DNA of 64,000 nt from Eledone cirrhosa (taxonomy: Eukaryota), in contig CAXHJY010000254.1 in assembly GCA_964016885.1 (NCBI GenBank), positions 124,001 through 188,000 of the forward strand, given 5' to 3'. Under the pieces are notes generated by a model that was given only the letters and a program-made list of their open reading frames with translations, ran no database searches and was not told where the DNA came from. The position numbers and the translations under genes were made by a program. Shown here one piece after another: positions 28,254 to 43,855 of this stretch (positions are counted from its first letter, which is position 1; each line of letters starts with the position of its first letter).

Positions 28254-28316
28254 ATATACATATACATATATATATACATATATATATACATATACATATA
28301 TATATACATATACATA

Positions 28317-28423
<107 letters not shown>

Positions 28424-28525
28424 ATATGTATATATATACATATATATACATATACATATATATATACATATATAAAATATTAAACAAATAATGAATAAAC
28501 AATTTCTTATATTAAACAAAAAAAG

Positions 28526-28680
28526 TTCATTATTTAACGATCGTTTCTAGGATATATATGTGTTAGAATTGGTATGCATATTCAACAGATCTATGTACAA
28601 AATTATACAAAATTATACAAATTATCAAGATTAAATATACATACCAAACACATATATACGCCGTCTTCAGAAATAATGAA
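28526..28680 (-). ncRNA. Family A long-stem-II hammerhead
   Basis: Same core, stem I and stem III as 7740-7893. Confidence 0.8.
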
Positions 28681-29336
28681 GTATATTTATTGATAATAAC
28701 AACAATTCAAAATTTCAGGTCCGTTTGGGAACAAAAATTGACCAATGAAAACACAAAGGGTTAAATGCAGTTCGGTGTGTGTATATACATGTAAAACCCT
28801 TACACATATTTTACAAAAATGTATGTATAAATTGTATACGCATACTAAAAGGATGGATGCGAACACAAAATTTCAAGGTTAATGTCTCTGTGAGTTATTG
28901 ACACTTATGAAGTTAAGTATATAAATATATTTTTTCATACTCACACATATCCGTACAATCACACATACACGCGCGTATATGCATAAATATACACATAACC
29001 ACGAACGTACAAACACACACACACCCCCACTCACATTTATATATGTGGATATAAAATCATAAGCACATGGATATTAATTCACTCACATAAAACACTGGCA
29101 TACACATTTTCAGATCAAGATACAGAAATTAGGTGGGAGGGGGGGGGGGAGGGGTCAGTATTCAACGGTCTGAACAGACTGCCTAATATAAATGTATCTA
29201 TAAACTAAGAAAAATAAAACAAATAAAACATAATGAATAAAACATTAAGGAGGAAAGAATAGAAAGAAGAACAGAAAAAAGAAAAAAGAAAAAAGAAATA
29301 TATCAAGAAAATAAATATACACACATACACATACAT

Positions 29337-29381
<45 letters not shown>

Positions 29382-29950
29382 TATAAATATATATAAAAAA
29401 AACATACATATATATATACACACATAGACACTTACACATCCATACATAAATATACACACATATATAAATAGATACATACATATAACCACATCCACACTAA
29501 GAACATACATACACACACATATATAAACATATACATATACACACATACATACATATACACATATACATACAAATACACATACACATATATATACACACAC
29601 ATATATATATATATATATATACACATATATATACATACATATACATATACACGTACATATACACACACATATACATATAATCACACATACTATACAGACA
29701 CAGATATATATAACCACACACATACATGCAAATATACAACACTTACATACTAATATACATACAGATATACACATACATAGCTATATATACACACAAATAT
29801 ATACAGATTTACATATATACATACAGACAAATACTTACGCATCTATATATCGGTATATCCATACTAACACCAACTACACTATCACACAACATAGAAATAC
29901 AAAGAGAAAGGTATATACCTATACACACATACATATACAAATAGAAAAAC

Positions 29951-29995
<45 letters not shown>

Positions 29996-30025
29996 TACAT
30001 ATACATATATATATATATATATAAC

Positions 30026-30070
<45 letters not shown>

Positions 30071-30324
30071 TACACATACAAATACACATACATATACATA
30101 CAGATATATACACATACATACATGTACACACACACAGAAATATATACGCATACATACATACACACATACATATAAAGTCATACACACATATACATCTACA
30201 CGAACATACACATACACATATATAAAGATATATATACACACACACACACACACGCAACACATACACACATACACATATATATAAAAAAAATAAATAATAA
30301 AGATATATACATATATATATATAT

Positions 30325-30372
<48 letters not shown>

Positions 30373-30754
30373 ATACACACACACCTAAATATACATACAC
30401 ATACATACATACATAGACATACATGTACGTACATATACGTACATCGATATACATATATATATATACATACACACATAGACATATACATACATACACACAC
30501 AACTTACATACACACATATATATACATGTATATTCATACATAGAATTAGAAATATAATCATACATACATATGCACTTACTTATACTCATATATACCAATA
30601 CATACGCATCCATTTATGCGTATATACATAAAAAACACTACAACGTTACCTAACTCAGACATACAAATAAAATATTAATAAAAAGGCATATGTATATACA
30701 TACACACACGCATTAATAGAGATATATATATACACACATACACATATACATATA

Positions 30755-30811
<57 letters not shown>

Positions 30812-30923
30812 ACCCATACATATACACATATATATATATATATATATATACAAAGATACCTACACATTCATACCACCATAAATACACATACAAACACCCA
30901 CATATACATATATATACACACAC

Positions 30924-30964
<41 letters not shown>

Positions 30965-31083
30965 AAAAACAGACATGCACATATATATATATATTTTTCT
31001 ACACTTATATATAGACATATTATATACATATACATAACTTCACTTATACACACATACACATAAGTTATATTATAATAATAAAA

Positions 31084-31114
<31 letters not shown>

Positions 31115-31139
31115 ACATATATATATATATATACATACC

Positions 31140-31205
<66 letters not shown>

Positions 31206-31265
31206 CAAACACATACATACACATATACACACATATGAATATAGATATATATTCACACATAGACA

Positions 31266-31314
<49 letters not shown>

Positions 31315-32967
31315 ATATACACAGACACATATACACACTCACATATATATATCTGTGTGCATGCACACACACATATATACATACATACATATATATACAC
31401 ATAAACACATATATGTGCATACATGCACATACACACACATATATCACATAGATACGGAGATAGACATATAAATAGAGAGACATACATATATATACAACAC
31501 ACATACACACACATACATACACACGCATATACATATACATATATATATACATATATATATTCCTATATATACACTTAACATATATATATACACATATATA
31601 CACATACATACACATATACGTACACACATTCACATACACATACATATATAGATGCATATATACATACATATACATACACACACAATCTTACATTCATATT
31701 TGCATGCACATATATGTATTTTTATATTTAGATATAAATACCCAAACCTATATAGACACCTACCTACATATATATTCATACATAGACGCTTACAAATACA
31801 GATGATAATAGTATGGGGGAAAAGGGGGGGTTTGGAGAAGGGGATCAAAGTAAATATATGTTTCAAGAAACATAGAAAATTTTCCGTATCTTTATCCAAT
31901 ATATGTTTTTTTTACATATTTTCAGTGTTATAAAATACAACAAATAAAAACTAAGGCAAAATCTATGCATCTCAAAATAAACAAGTATACCATTAACTAT
32001 ATGTTAACTAAACCAAAGATAGTTAACATATTGATTTCTAAGGTGTAAATTAGTTAGGTTTATAATATTTGAAGCAGAATTTTGAAGTTAAATAGTAGTA
32101 GAGTATTAATTACAGTATAACTAAATTAAAGTTAATAACGTTATGGTATCAATATTAGGAAATGAAATTAGTAATAGGGAAAAAACAAATAAAATAAAGT
32201 AGTACATCGGTAGTAGAATATAAATTATAGGTTAACTAAATTAAAAATTATATATTTATTTCTATAGTATATGTTAATTAGGTATACAATACATAAAGCA
32301 GATATTGTATTTCATCAATAGCATAATATAATTATATGCAAATAGAAATCAAAATTAATACGCATACATATACATATACATACACATACACATACATACA
32401 CATATACACACAAATATATATATACATATATATACATATATATACATATACATACACACACACATACACATACACATACACATATACATATACATATCTT
32501 TTTCAAAAAATTGCATAGAATATATTAACTAGGTATATATCCAAAACACATCGCATTCTATGATTACATGACATTCTGCAATTCGTCTGTATAAGGATAC
32601 TAATATTAAGCAAATTAAAATTAAATTTTTAGGTTGATTAAAACTAAAATCAAATTATAAATATATTTCTAAAATATATATTAATTAGGTCAATAATACT
32701 AAAAATTATTTCTCTGTCATTGGATACACGATATTATTTTGTTATATTTTATCTGTAAAAGAATTATAATAAAAATAATAAAAGGTTTAAATAAATTAAA
32801 ATTAATCTATAAATTAAATTACTAAGTATATATTAGTAATATTTAAAGGTTTTTCACAATTTATGATTACATAATATTTTATATTCTGATCTGTAATAAA
32901 ATTTTAATTAAATTAAATATATAGGTTAACTAACATTTAAATTAAATTAATTTCTAAAATAATGTTG

Positions 32968-35409
32968 TTAATTAGGTTTATAATATTTAAATGTTTTTTT
33001 TAGTTTATGATTACACGATATAATTAATTCCTGTCGTTTATTTAATAAGATATCCTTAGACTTCATTATTTCAAATAGTTCTTGGGAACATAATCTACAT
33101 TCATTTCTATTATTTTGATAAGGGGTGGCTCTTTTGAGCACACTCCAGGTCAAATCATATTTTATATTCTTATTTTTATAACTATTGATTTTTTCAGCTA
33201 GAGATGTTGTATTAGCCAGTGCAGCATTTTTAAAACTATGCTTGTGGGTATTAAACCTTGTCTTAAAATTGTTAGAGGTAGCTCCTATATATGAGCAAAT
33301 AGAATCTGTAGTTTTAACATTACATTTATAGACTATGTTGTTAACAAGACAATTCCCTTTTAATGGGCAGTTTGCTTTGTTTCTACAGTTACATCCTTTC
33401 GTTAATTCTGTATTTGAGGAGATATTATGGTTAATTTGATGTACTGGTGGTATAGTTATGGTTTTCTTACATTTATATGCATTATATGCACTTATATTTT
33501 GTTTTATGTTATTTGTTGTAGAGTATGAGAATTTAACTGTAGACCTATTTAAGATTTGATGGTATTTGTGGTTTGGCGGGAAGTTTTTCTCAAGGATATA
33601 AAAAAATGTTTTAGCAATATTATCCTTAACTTGTAAATTAAAAGGAGCATTATACCAAGTAACCCGTCTATTACGGTTTCTATGTTGTTTATTATTTTTA
33701 TTATTTTTATAGGTTGTATCGTGATTTTTACTAGGAGGATTAATGTTAATGATCTCACCACAACTATTTTTAGTTATATTTTTAGATTTAGGTGTTTTAT
33801 CCTTTTTATTAGGAGTTTTATTATTAATATTTATTAGAGTTGTATGATGAGTAGTTTTTTGAGAGTTACTATACTTTATATTAGAAGATTTGGTATTTTG
33901 GGGTATAGTGTGGGTGGCATTTAGGTGTGTTCTTTTCATTTGGTGTTTGTTGGTAATATTATGTTGTATGCTTTCAGTATTTTTAGTAGAAGGTATATAC
34001 TCTAATCTATTTTTGTGGCCACTTCTATCTAGAGCTTCGTTATAGAAGGTCGCATTTTTATCAAATACATCTTGGTTAGAAGAAAGGTTAGAAATTCTAA
34101 GTGATATATTATATGCAAGGTTTTTAAGGATAGATTTAGGGTGATTAGATTGTGAGTGTATGTAATGTAAGTTTTGGTTAGGTTTATGGTAAGGTTGGTA
34201 GATACCCGTAGCTAAATCTAAAGTTATATCTAGGAAATTTACTACTTTACTTGTTTTTTCAAAAGTAATATTAAGATTATAATAGTCTTTAAGGAAAGTT
34301 CTAATATGTTTTTTGTTTTTTTCAATTTCTGAAAGGCTAAGGTTGTTAGAAAGAAGAAGACAGTCATCACGATATAAACCACCTTTGAGGTGGGGAAAAG
34401 AGGCATTTATGTTGAAAAGGAGAAAGAGGCCCACAAGATCAGTAATTTGGGCGGAATCACTTGAACCCATAGTAATATCAAAAAGATTACTGTATGTGTT
34501 TCTGGTCCAGTATTCATTCTGAAATTCAATAAGTGTTAGTCTAGCATGTGTAATAATGTTAATGTCATCCAAAGTTAAGTTAGATCTATTTTTAGCAAAT
34601 ATCAATGCTTTGTTCAGGAGTATAGGTGATATAGAAGAATAGTAATTATCTATATCAAATTGTAGGAAAGAAGCAGAAGATTTACACCTAATATTTTTAA
34701 ACCAGTTAATTACCTGGGAGGTGTTTTCCCAGAGTGGTAAAATAACGTGTTTTTTTATTTGTGGGATGACTCTATCTAAAATTTTTTTGCTAATTATTCC
34801 AATATCTGATTTGGAAGGACATATAAGTCTAATAGAAGGATTTGAGTTAAAGTTAGATTTGTGATCTTTCAGGTTGAAGTGTGGTCTTTTCAATGCCAAA
34901 GGTTCAGTTCTATCTTCAATGTTTAGTTTTTTTACTATGTTGTGTGTTTTGTTGTTGATGTTGGTGAGTGACACATTATTAGATTTTTTATAATTTTTTC
35001 TGAGTTCTTTATATATGAACTCGTTATAATGTTCAATGTCCATATGATACAAGTTACCAGTTTTGTCCGAGTGGACATGGATTTTTTTAGACTTTTTTAG
35101 GTCCAATAGGGTAGAATCAAGGTCCTTTTGAAAGACGGATTTATACTTTTTAAATTTGAGGTGTTTAATTAAATTAAAAAGGTCTTTCTCGAAGTCTTCA
35201 AGTAAAAAGTTGTGTGGTGGATTCTTGTAAGTATTGAAATCATACATATATTTCCGATCTGCTTGTTTAGATTTTCTATCGAAGTGGTAGGCTCTCCATC
35301 TAACCCTTCTGATAAAATTATTAGTTTTCTGAATCATAAGGAGTAAGAAGTCATCCTTAGAAGGTATTGGTATGTTTTTTAAGGAGGTTCCTAAATATTG
35401 TTTTTCCAT
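32968..35409 (-). CDS. Penelope-like (Hydra-type) RT-GIY-YIG, ~813 aa from ATG 35409, family A
   Basis: MEKQYLGTSLKNIP aligns with the family B start. [61 protein letters not shown]. The track start at 35430 is a non-ATG codon. Confidence 0.93.
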   Translation of the reverse strand: MEKQYLGTSLKNIPIPSKDDFLLLMIQKTNNFIRRVRWRAYHFDRKSKQADRKYMYDFNTYKNPPHNFLLEDFEKDLFNLIKHLKFKKYKSVFQKDLDSTLLDLKKSKKIHVHSDKTGNLYHMDIEHYNEFIYKELRKNYKKSNNVSLTNINNKTHNIVKKLNIEDRTEPLALKRPHFNLKDHKSNFNSNPSIRLICPSKSDIGIISKKILDRVIPQIKKHVILPLWENTSQVINWFKNIRCKSSASFLQFDIDNYYSSISPILLNKALIFAKNRSNLTLDDINIITHARLTLIEFQNEYWTRNTYSNLFDITMGSSDSAQITDLVGLFLLFNINASFPHLKGGLYRDDCLLLSNNLSLSEIEKNKKHIRTFLKDYYNLNITFEKTSKVVNFLDITLDLATGIYQPYHKPNQNLHYIHSQSNHPKSILKNLAYNISLRISNLSSNQDVFDKNATFYNEALDRSGHKNRLEYIPSTKNTESIQHNITNKHQMKRTHLNATHTIPQNTKSSNIKYSNSQKTTHHTTLININNKTPNKKDKTPKSKNITKNSCGEIININPPSKNHDTTYKNNKNNKQHRNRNRRVTWYNAPFNLQVKDNIAKTFFYILEKNFPPNHKYHQILNRSTVKFSYSTTNNIKQNISAYNAYKCKKTITIPPVHQINHNISSNTELTKGCNCRNKANCPLKGNCLVNNIVYKCNVKTTDSICSYIGATSNNFKTRFNTHKHSFKNAALANTTSLAEKINSYKNKNIKYDLTWSVLKRATPYQNNRNECRLCSQELFEIMKSKDILLNKRQELIISCNHKLKKTFKYYKPN

Positions 35410-35753
35410 TGTGATATGGATAATGGACAATTGAAAGAGCTCAACTAAAAGTATATGGGTTTACAAAATCATACATATATATATGTATATACATAAATAT
35501 AAAATTAATACACACATACAGTACAAAAATACGAATATTTCCGTGAAAATAGGAGCAAAATTATGTAGATAAATCTACCAAGAGTTTACGGTAGTGTCCA
35601 ATCCGTATGAAGAACTCAATGTATTCCGGATATCATGGAAAGAAGAGATGTAATGAAAAACCACTTTCGGTGAAAGATAAACGGTATACAGAGTACAAGA
35701 TAAAATATTAAACAAATAATGAATAAACAATTTCTTATATTAAACAAAAAAAG

Positions 35754-35908
35754 TTCATTATTTAACGATCGTTTCTAGGATATATATGTGTTAGAATTGG
35801 TATGCATATTCAACAGATCTATGTACAAAATTATACAAAATTATACAAATTATCAAGATTAAATATACATACCAAACACATATATACGCCGTCTTCAGAA
35901 ATAATGAA
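35754..35908 (-). ncRNA. Family A long-stem-II hammerhead, upstream of ORF 32968-35409
   Basis: Same motif as 28526-28680. Confidence 0.8.
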
Positions 35909-36562
35909 GTATATTTATTGATAATAACAACAATTCAAAATTTCAGGTCCGTTTGGGAACAAAAATTGACCAATGAAAACACAAAGGGTTAAATGCAGTT
36001 CGGTGTGTGTATATACATGTAAAACCCTTACACATATTTTACAAAAATGTATGTATAAATTGTATACGCATACTAAAAGGATGGATGCGAACACAAAATT
36101 TCAAGGTTAATGTCTCTGTGAGTTATTGACACTTATGAAGTTAAGTATATAAATATATTTTTTCATACTCACACATATCCGTACAATCACACATACACGC
36201 GCGTATATGCATAAATATACACATAACCACGAACGTACAAACACACACACACCCCCACTCACATTTATATATGTGGATATAAAATCATAAGCACATGGAT
36301 ATTAATTCACTCACATAAAACACTGGCATACACATTTTCAGATCAAGATACAGAAATTAGGTGGGAGGGGGGGGGAGGGGTCAGTATTCAACGGTCTGAA
36401 CAGACTGCCTAATATAAATGTATCTATAAACTAAGAAAAATAAAACAAATAAAACATAATAAATAAAACATTAAGGAGGAAAGAATAGAAAGAAGAACAG
36501 AAAAAAGAAAAAAGAAAAAAGAAATATATCAAGAAAATAAATATACACACATACACATACAT

Positions 36563-36609
<47 letters not shown>

Positions 36610-37178
36610 TATAAATATATATAAAAAAAACATACATATATATATACACACATAGACACTTACACATCCATACATAAATATACACACATATATAAATAGA
36701 TACATACATATAACCACATCCACACTAAGAACATACATACACACACATATATAAACATATACATATACACACATACATACATATACACATATACATACAA
36801 ATACACATACACATATATATACACACACATATATATATATATATATATACACATATATATACATACATATACATATACACGTACATATACACACACATAT
36901 ACATATAATCACACATACTATACAGACACAGATATATATAACCACACACATACATGCAAATATACAACACTTACATACTAATATACATACAGATATACAC
37001 ATACATAGCTATATATACACACAAATATATACAGATTTACATATATACATACAGACAAATACTTACGCATCTATATATCGGTATATCCATACTAACACCA
37101 ACTACACTATCACACAACATAGAAATACAAAGAGAAAGGTATATACCTATACACACATACATATACAAATAGAAAAAC

Positions 37179-37223
<45 letters not shown>

Positions 37224-37253
37224 TACATATACATATATATATATATATATAAC

Positions 37254-37298
<45 letters not shown>

Positions 37299-37553
37299 TA
37301 CACATACAAATACACATACATATACATACAGATATATACACATACATACATGTACACACACACAGAAATATATACGCATACATACATACACACATACATA
37401 TAAAGTCATACACACATATACATCTACACGAACATACACATACACATATATAAAGATATATATACACACACACACACACACGCAACACATACACACATAC
37501 ACATATATATAAAAAAAAATAAATAATAAAGATATATACATATATATATATAT

Positions 37554-37601
<48 letters not shown>

Positions 37602-37983
37602 ATACACACACACCTAAATATACATACACATACATACATACATAGACATACATGTACGTACATATACGTACATCGATATACATATATATATATACATACA
37701 CACATAGACATATACATACATACACACACAACTTACATACACACATATATATACATGTATATTCATACATAGAATTAGAAATATAATCATACATACATAT
37801 GCACTTACTTATACTCATATATACCAATACATACGCATCCATTTATGCGTATATACATAAAAAACACTACAACGTTACCTAACTCAGACATACAAATAAA
37901 ATATTAATAAAAAGGCATATGTATATACATACACACACGCATTAATAGAGATATATATATACACACATACACATATACATATA

Positions 37984-38042
<59 letters not shown>

Positions 38043-38154
38043 ACCCATACATATACACATATATATATATATATATATATACAAAGATACCTACACATTC
38101 ATACCACCATAAATACACATACAAACACCCACATATACATATATATACACACAC

Positions 38155-38193
<39 letters not shown>

Positions 38194-38312
38194 AAAAACA
38201 GACATGCACATATATATATATATTTTTCTACACTTATATATAGACATATTATATACATATACATAACTTCACTTATACACACATACACATAAGTTATATT
38301 ATAATAATAAAA

Positions 38313-38350
<38 letters not shown>

Positions 38351-38374
38351 CATATATATATATATATACATACC

Positions 38375-38426
<52 letters not shown>

Positions 38427-38486
38427 CAAACACATACATACACATATACACACATATGAATATAGATATATATTCACACATAGACA

Positions 38487-38539
<53 letters not shown>

Positions 38540-40213
38540 ATATACACAGACACATATACACACTCACATATATATATCTGTGTGCATGCACACACACATA
38601 TATACATACATACATATATATACACATAAACACATATATGTGCATACATGCACATACACACACATATATCACATAGATACGGAGATAGACATATAAATAG
38701 AGAGACATACATATATATACAACACACATACACACACATACATACACACGCATATACATATACATATATATATACATATATATATTCCTATATATACACT
38801 TAACATATATATATACACATATATACACATGCATACACATATACGTACACACATTCACATACACATACATATATAGATGCATATATACATACATATACAT
38901 ACATACACACACTCATATATACACACACAATCTTACATTCATATTTGCATGCACATATATGTATTTTTATATTTAGATATAAATACCCAAACCTATATAG
39001 ACACCTACCTACATATATATTCATACATAGACGCTTACAAATACAGATGATAATAGTATGGGGGAAAAGGGGGGGTTTGGAGAAGGGGATCAAAGTAAAT
39101 ATATGTTTCAAGAAACATAGAAAATTTTCCGTATCTTTATCCAATATATGTTTTTTTTACATATTTTCAGTGTTATAAAATACAACAAATAAAAACTAAG
39201 GCAAAATCTATGCATCTCAAAATAAACAAGTATACCATTAACTATATGTTAACTAAACCAAAGATAGTTAACATATTGATTTCTAAGGTGTAAATTAGTT
39301 AGGTTTATAATATTTGAAGCAGAATTTTGAAGTTAAATAGTAGTAGAGTATTAATTACAGTATAACTAAATTAAAGTTAATAACGTTATGGTATCAATAT
39401 TAGGAAATGAAATTAGTAATAGGGAAAAAAACAAATAAAATAAAGTAGTACATCGGTAGTAGAATATAAATTATAGGTTAACTAAATTAAAAATTATATA
39501 TTTATTTCTATAGTATATGTTAATTAGGTATACAATACATAAAGCAGATATTGTATTTCATCAATAGCATAATATAATTATATGCAAATAGAAATCAAAA
39601 TTAATACGCATACATATACATATACATACACATACACATACATACACATATACACACAAATATATATATACATATATATACATATATATACATATACATA
39701 CACACACACATACACATACACATACACATATACATATACATATCTTTTTCAAAAAATTGCATAGAATATATTAACTAGGTATATATCCAAAACACATCGC
39801 ATTCTATGATTACATGACATTCTGCAATTCGTCTGTATAAGGATACTAATATTAAGCAAATTAAAATTAAATTTTTAGGTTGATTAAAACTAAAATCAAA
39901 TTATAAATATATTTCTAAAATATATATTAATTAGGTCAATAATACTAAAAATTATTTCTCTGTCATTGGATACACGATATTATTTTGTTATATTTTATCT
40001 GTAAAAGAATTATAATAAAAATAATAAAAGGTTTAAATAAATTAAAATTAATCTATAAATTAAATTACTAAGTATATATTAGTAATATTTAAAGGTTTTT
40101 CACAATTTATGATTACATAATATTTTATATTCTGATCTGTAATAAAATTTTAATTAAATTAAATATATAGGTTAACTAACATTTAAATTAAATTAATTTC
40201 TAAAATAATGTTG

Positions 40214-42655
40214 TTAATTAGGTTTATAATATTTAAATGTTTTTTTTAGTTTATGATTACACGATATAATTAATTCCTGTCGTTTATTTAATAAGATATC
40301 CTTAGACTTCATTATTTCAAATAGTTCTTGGGAACATAATCTACATTCATTTCTATTATTTTGATAAGGGGTGGCTCTTTTGAGCACACTCCAGGTCAAA
40401 TCATATTTTATATTCTTATTTTTATAACTATTGATTTTTTCAGCTAGAGATGTTGTATTAGCCAGTGCAGCATTTTTAAAACTATGCTTGTGGGTATTAA
40501 ACCTTGTCTTAAAATTGTTAGAGGTAGCTCCTATATATGAGCAAATAGAATCTTTAGTTTTAACATTACATTTATAGACTATGTTGTTAACAAGACAATT
40601 CCCTTTTAATGGGCAGTTTGCTTTGTTTCTACAGTTACATCCTTTCGTTAATTCTGTATTTGAGGAGATATTATGGTTAATTTGATGTACTGGTGGTATA
40701 GTTATGGTTTTCTTACATTTATATGCATTATATGCACTTATATTTTGTTTTATGTTATTTGTTGTAGAGTATGAGAATTTAACTGTAGACCTATTTAAGA
40801 TTTGATGGTATTTGTGGTTTGGCGGGAAGTTTTTCTCAAGGATATAAAAAATTTTTTTAGCAATATTATCCTTAACTTGTAAATTAAAAGGAGCATTATA
40901 CCAAGTAACCCGTCTATTACGGTTTCTATGTTGTTTATTATTTTTATTATTTTTATAGGTTGTATCGTGATTTTTACTAGGAGGATTAATGTTAATGATC
41001 TCACCACAACTATTTTTAGTTATATTTTTAGATTTAGGTGTTTTATCCTTTTTATTAGGAGTTTTATTATTAATATTTATTAGAGTTGTATGATGAGTAG
41101 TTTTTTGAGAGTTACTATACTTTATATTAGAAGATTTGGTATTTTGGGGTATAGTGTGGGTGGCATTTAGGTGTGTTCTTTTCATTTGGTGTTTGTTGGT
41201 AATATTATGTTGTATGCTTTCAGTATTTTTAGTAGAAGGTATATACTCTAATCTATTTTTGTGGCCACTTCTATCTAGAGCTTCGTTATAGAAGGTCGCA
41301 TTTTTATCAAATACATCTTGGTTAGAAGAAAGGTTAGAAATTCTAAGTGATATATTATATGCAAGGTTTTTAAGGATAGATTTAGGGTGATTAGATTGTG
41401 AGTGTATGTAATGTAAGTTTTGGTTAGGTTTATGGTAAGGTTGGTAGATACCCGTAGCTAAATCTAAAGTTATATCTAGGAAATTTACTACTTTACTTGT
41501 TTTTTCAAAAGTAATATTAAGATTATAATAGTCTTTAAGGAAAGTTCTAATATGTTTTTTGTTTTTTTCAATTTCTGAAAGGCTAAGGTTGTTAGAAAGA
41601 AGAAGACAGTCATCACGATATAAACCACCTTTGAGGTGGGGAAAAGAGGCATTTATGTTGAAAAGGAGAAAGAGGCCCACAAGATCAGTAATTTGGGCGG
41701 AATCACTTGAACCCATAGTAATATCAAAAAGATTACTGTATGTGTTTCTGGTCCAGTATTCATTCTGAAATTCAATAAGTGTTAGTCTAGCATGTGTAAT
41801 AATGTTAATGTCATCCAAAGTTAAGTTAGATCTATTTTTAGCAAATATCAATGCTTTGTTCAGGAGTATAGGTGATATAGAAGAATAGTAATTATCTATA
41901 TCAAATTGTAGGAAAGAAGCAGAAGATTTACACCTAATATTTTTAAACCAGTTAATTACCTGGGAGGTGTTTTCCCAGAGTGGTAAAATAACGTGTTTTT
42001 TTATTTGTGGGATGACTCTATCTAAAATTTTTTTGCTAATTATTCCAATATCTGATTTGGAAGGACATATAAGTCTAATAGAAGGATTTGAGTTAAAGTT
42101 AGATTTGTGATCTTTCAGGTTGAAGTGTGGTCTTTTCAATGCCAAAGGTTCAGTTCTATCTTCAATGTTTAGTTTTTTTACTATGTTGTGTGTTTTGTTG
42201 TTGATGTTGGTGAGTGACACATTATTAGATTTTTTATAATTTTTTCTGAGTTCTTTATATATGAACTCGTTATAATGTTCAATGTCCATATGATACAAGT
42301 TACCAGTTTTGTCCGAGTGGACATGGATTTTTTTAGACTTTTTTAGGTCCAATAGGGTAGAATCAAGGTCCTTTTGAAAGACGGATTTATACTTTTTAAA
42401 TTTGAGGTGTTTAATTAAATTAAAAAGGTCTTTCTCGAAGTCTTCAAGTAAAAAGTTGTGTGGTGGATTCTTGTAAGTATTGAAATCATACATATATTTC
42501 CGATCTGCTTGTTTAGATTTTCTATCGAAGTGGTAGGCTCTCCATCTAACCCTTCTGATAAAATTATTAGTTTTCTGAATCATAAGGAGTAAGAAGTCAT
42601 CCTTAGAAGGTATTGGTATGTTTTTTAAGGAGGTTCCTAAATATTGTTTTTCCAT
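40214..42655 (-). CDS. PLE RT-GIY-YIG, family A second intact copy
   Basis: Differs from the first copy only at AKKIFY/AKTFFY and KTKDS/KTTDS in the track translations. Confidence 0.93.
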   Translation of the reverse strand: MEKQYLGTSLKNIPIPSKDDFLLLMIQKTNNFIRRVRWRAYHFDRKSKQADRKYMYDFNTYKNPPHNFLLEDFEKDLFNLIKHLKFKKYKSVFQKDLDSTLLDLKKSKKIHVHSDKTGNLYHMDIEHYNEFIYKELRKNYKKSNNVSLTNINNKTHNIVKKLNIEDRTEPLALKRPHFNLKDHKSNFNSNPSIRLICPSKSDIGIISKKILDRVIPQIKKHVILPLWENTSQVINWFKNIRCKSSASFLQFDIDNYYSSISPILLNKALIFAKNRSNLTLDDINIITHARLTLIEFQNEYWTRNTYSNLFDITMGSSDSAQITDLVGLFLLFNINASFPHLKGGLYRDDCLLLSNNLSLSEIEKNKKHIRTFLKDYYNLNITFEKTSKVVNFLDITLDLATGIYQPYHKPNQNLHYIHSQSNHPKSILKNLAYNISLRISNLSSNQDVFDKNATFYNEALDRSGHKNRLEYIPSTKNTESIQHNITNKHQMKRTHLNATHTIPQNTKSSNIKYSNSQKTTHHTTLININNKTPNKKDKTPKSKNITKNSCGEIININPPSKNHDTTYKNNKNNKQHRNRNRRVTWYNAPFNLQVKDNIAKKIFYILEKNFPPNHKYHQILNRSTVKFSYSTTNNIKQNISAYNAYKCKKTITIPPVHQINHNISSNTELTKGCNCRNKANCPLKGNCLVNNIVYKCNVKTKDSICSYIGATSNNFKTRFNTHKHSFKNAALANTTSLAEKINSYKNKNIKYDLTWSVLKRATPYQNNRNECRLCSQELFEIMKSKDILLNKRQELIISCNHKLKKTFKYYKPN

Positions 42656-42999
42656 TGTGATATGGATAATGGACAATTGAAAGAGCTCAACTAAAAGTAT
42701 ATGGGTTTACAAAATCATACATATATATATGTATATACATAAATATAAAATTAATACACACATACAGTACAAAAATACGAATATTTCCGTGAAAATAGGA
42801 GCAAAATTATGTAGATAAATCTACCAAGAGTTTACGGTAGTGTCCAATCCGTATGAAGAACTCAATGTATTCCGGATATCATGGAAAGAAGAGATGTAAT
42901 GAAAAACCACTTTCGGTGAAAGATAAACGGTATACAGAGTACAAGATAAAATATTAAACAAATAATGAATAAACAATTTCTTATATTAAACAAAAAAAG

Positions 43000-43154
43000 T
43001 TCATTATTTAACGATCGTTTCTAGGATATATATGTGTTAGAATTGGTATGCATATTCAACAGATCTATGTACAAAATTATACAAAATTATACAAATTATC
43101 AAGATTAAATATACATACCAAACACATATATACGCCGTCTTCAGAAATAATGAA
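43000..43154 (-). ncRNA. Family A long-stem-II hammerhead
   Basis: Same motif. Confidence 0.8.
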
Positions 43155-43808
43155 GTATATTTATTGATAATAACAACAATTCAAAATTTCAGGTCCGTTT
43201 GGGAACAAAAATTGACCAATGAAAACACAAAGGGTTAAATGCAGTTCGGTGTGTGTATATACATGTAAAACCCTTACACATATTTTACAAAAATGTATGT
43301 ATAAATTGTATACGCATACTAAAAGGATGGATGCGAACACAAAATTTCAAGGTTAATGTCTCTGTGAGTTATTGACACTTATGAAGTTAAGTATATAAAT
43401 ATATTTTTTCATACTCACACATATCCGTACAATCACACATACACGCGCGTATATGCATAAATATACACATAACCACGAACGTACAAACACACACACACCC
43501 CCACTCACATTTATATATGTGGATATAAAATCATAAGCACATGGATATTAATTCACTCACATAAAACACTGGCATACACATTTTCAGATCAAGATACAGA
43601 AATTAGGTGGGAGGGGGGGGGAGGGGTCAGTATTCAACGGTCTGAACAGACTGCCTAATATAAATGTATCTATAAACTAAGAAAAATAAAACAAATAAAA
43701 CATAATAAATAAAACATTAAGGAGGAAAGAATAGAAAGAAGAACAGAAAAAAGAAAAAAGAAAAAAGAAATATATCAAGAAAATAAATATACACACATAC
43801 ACATACAT

Positions 43809-43855
<47 letters not shown>

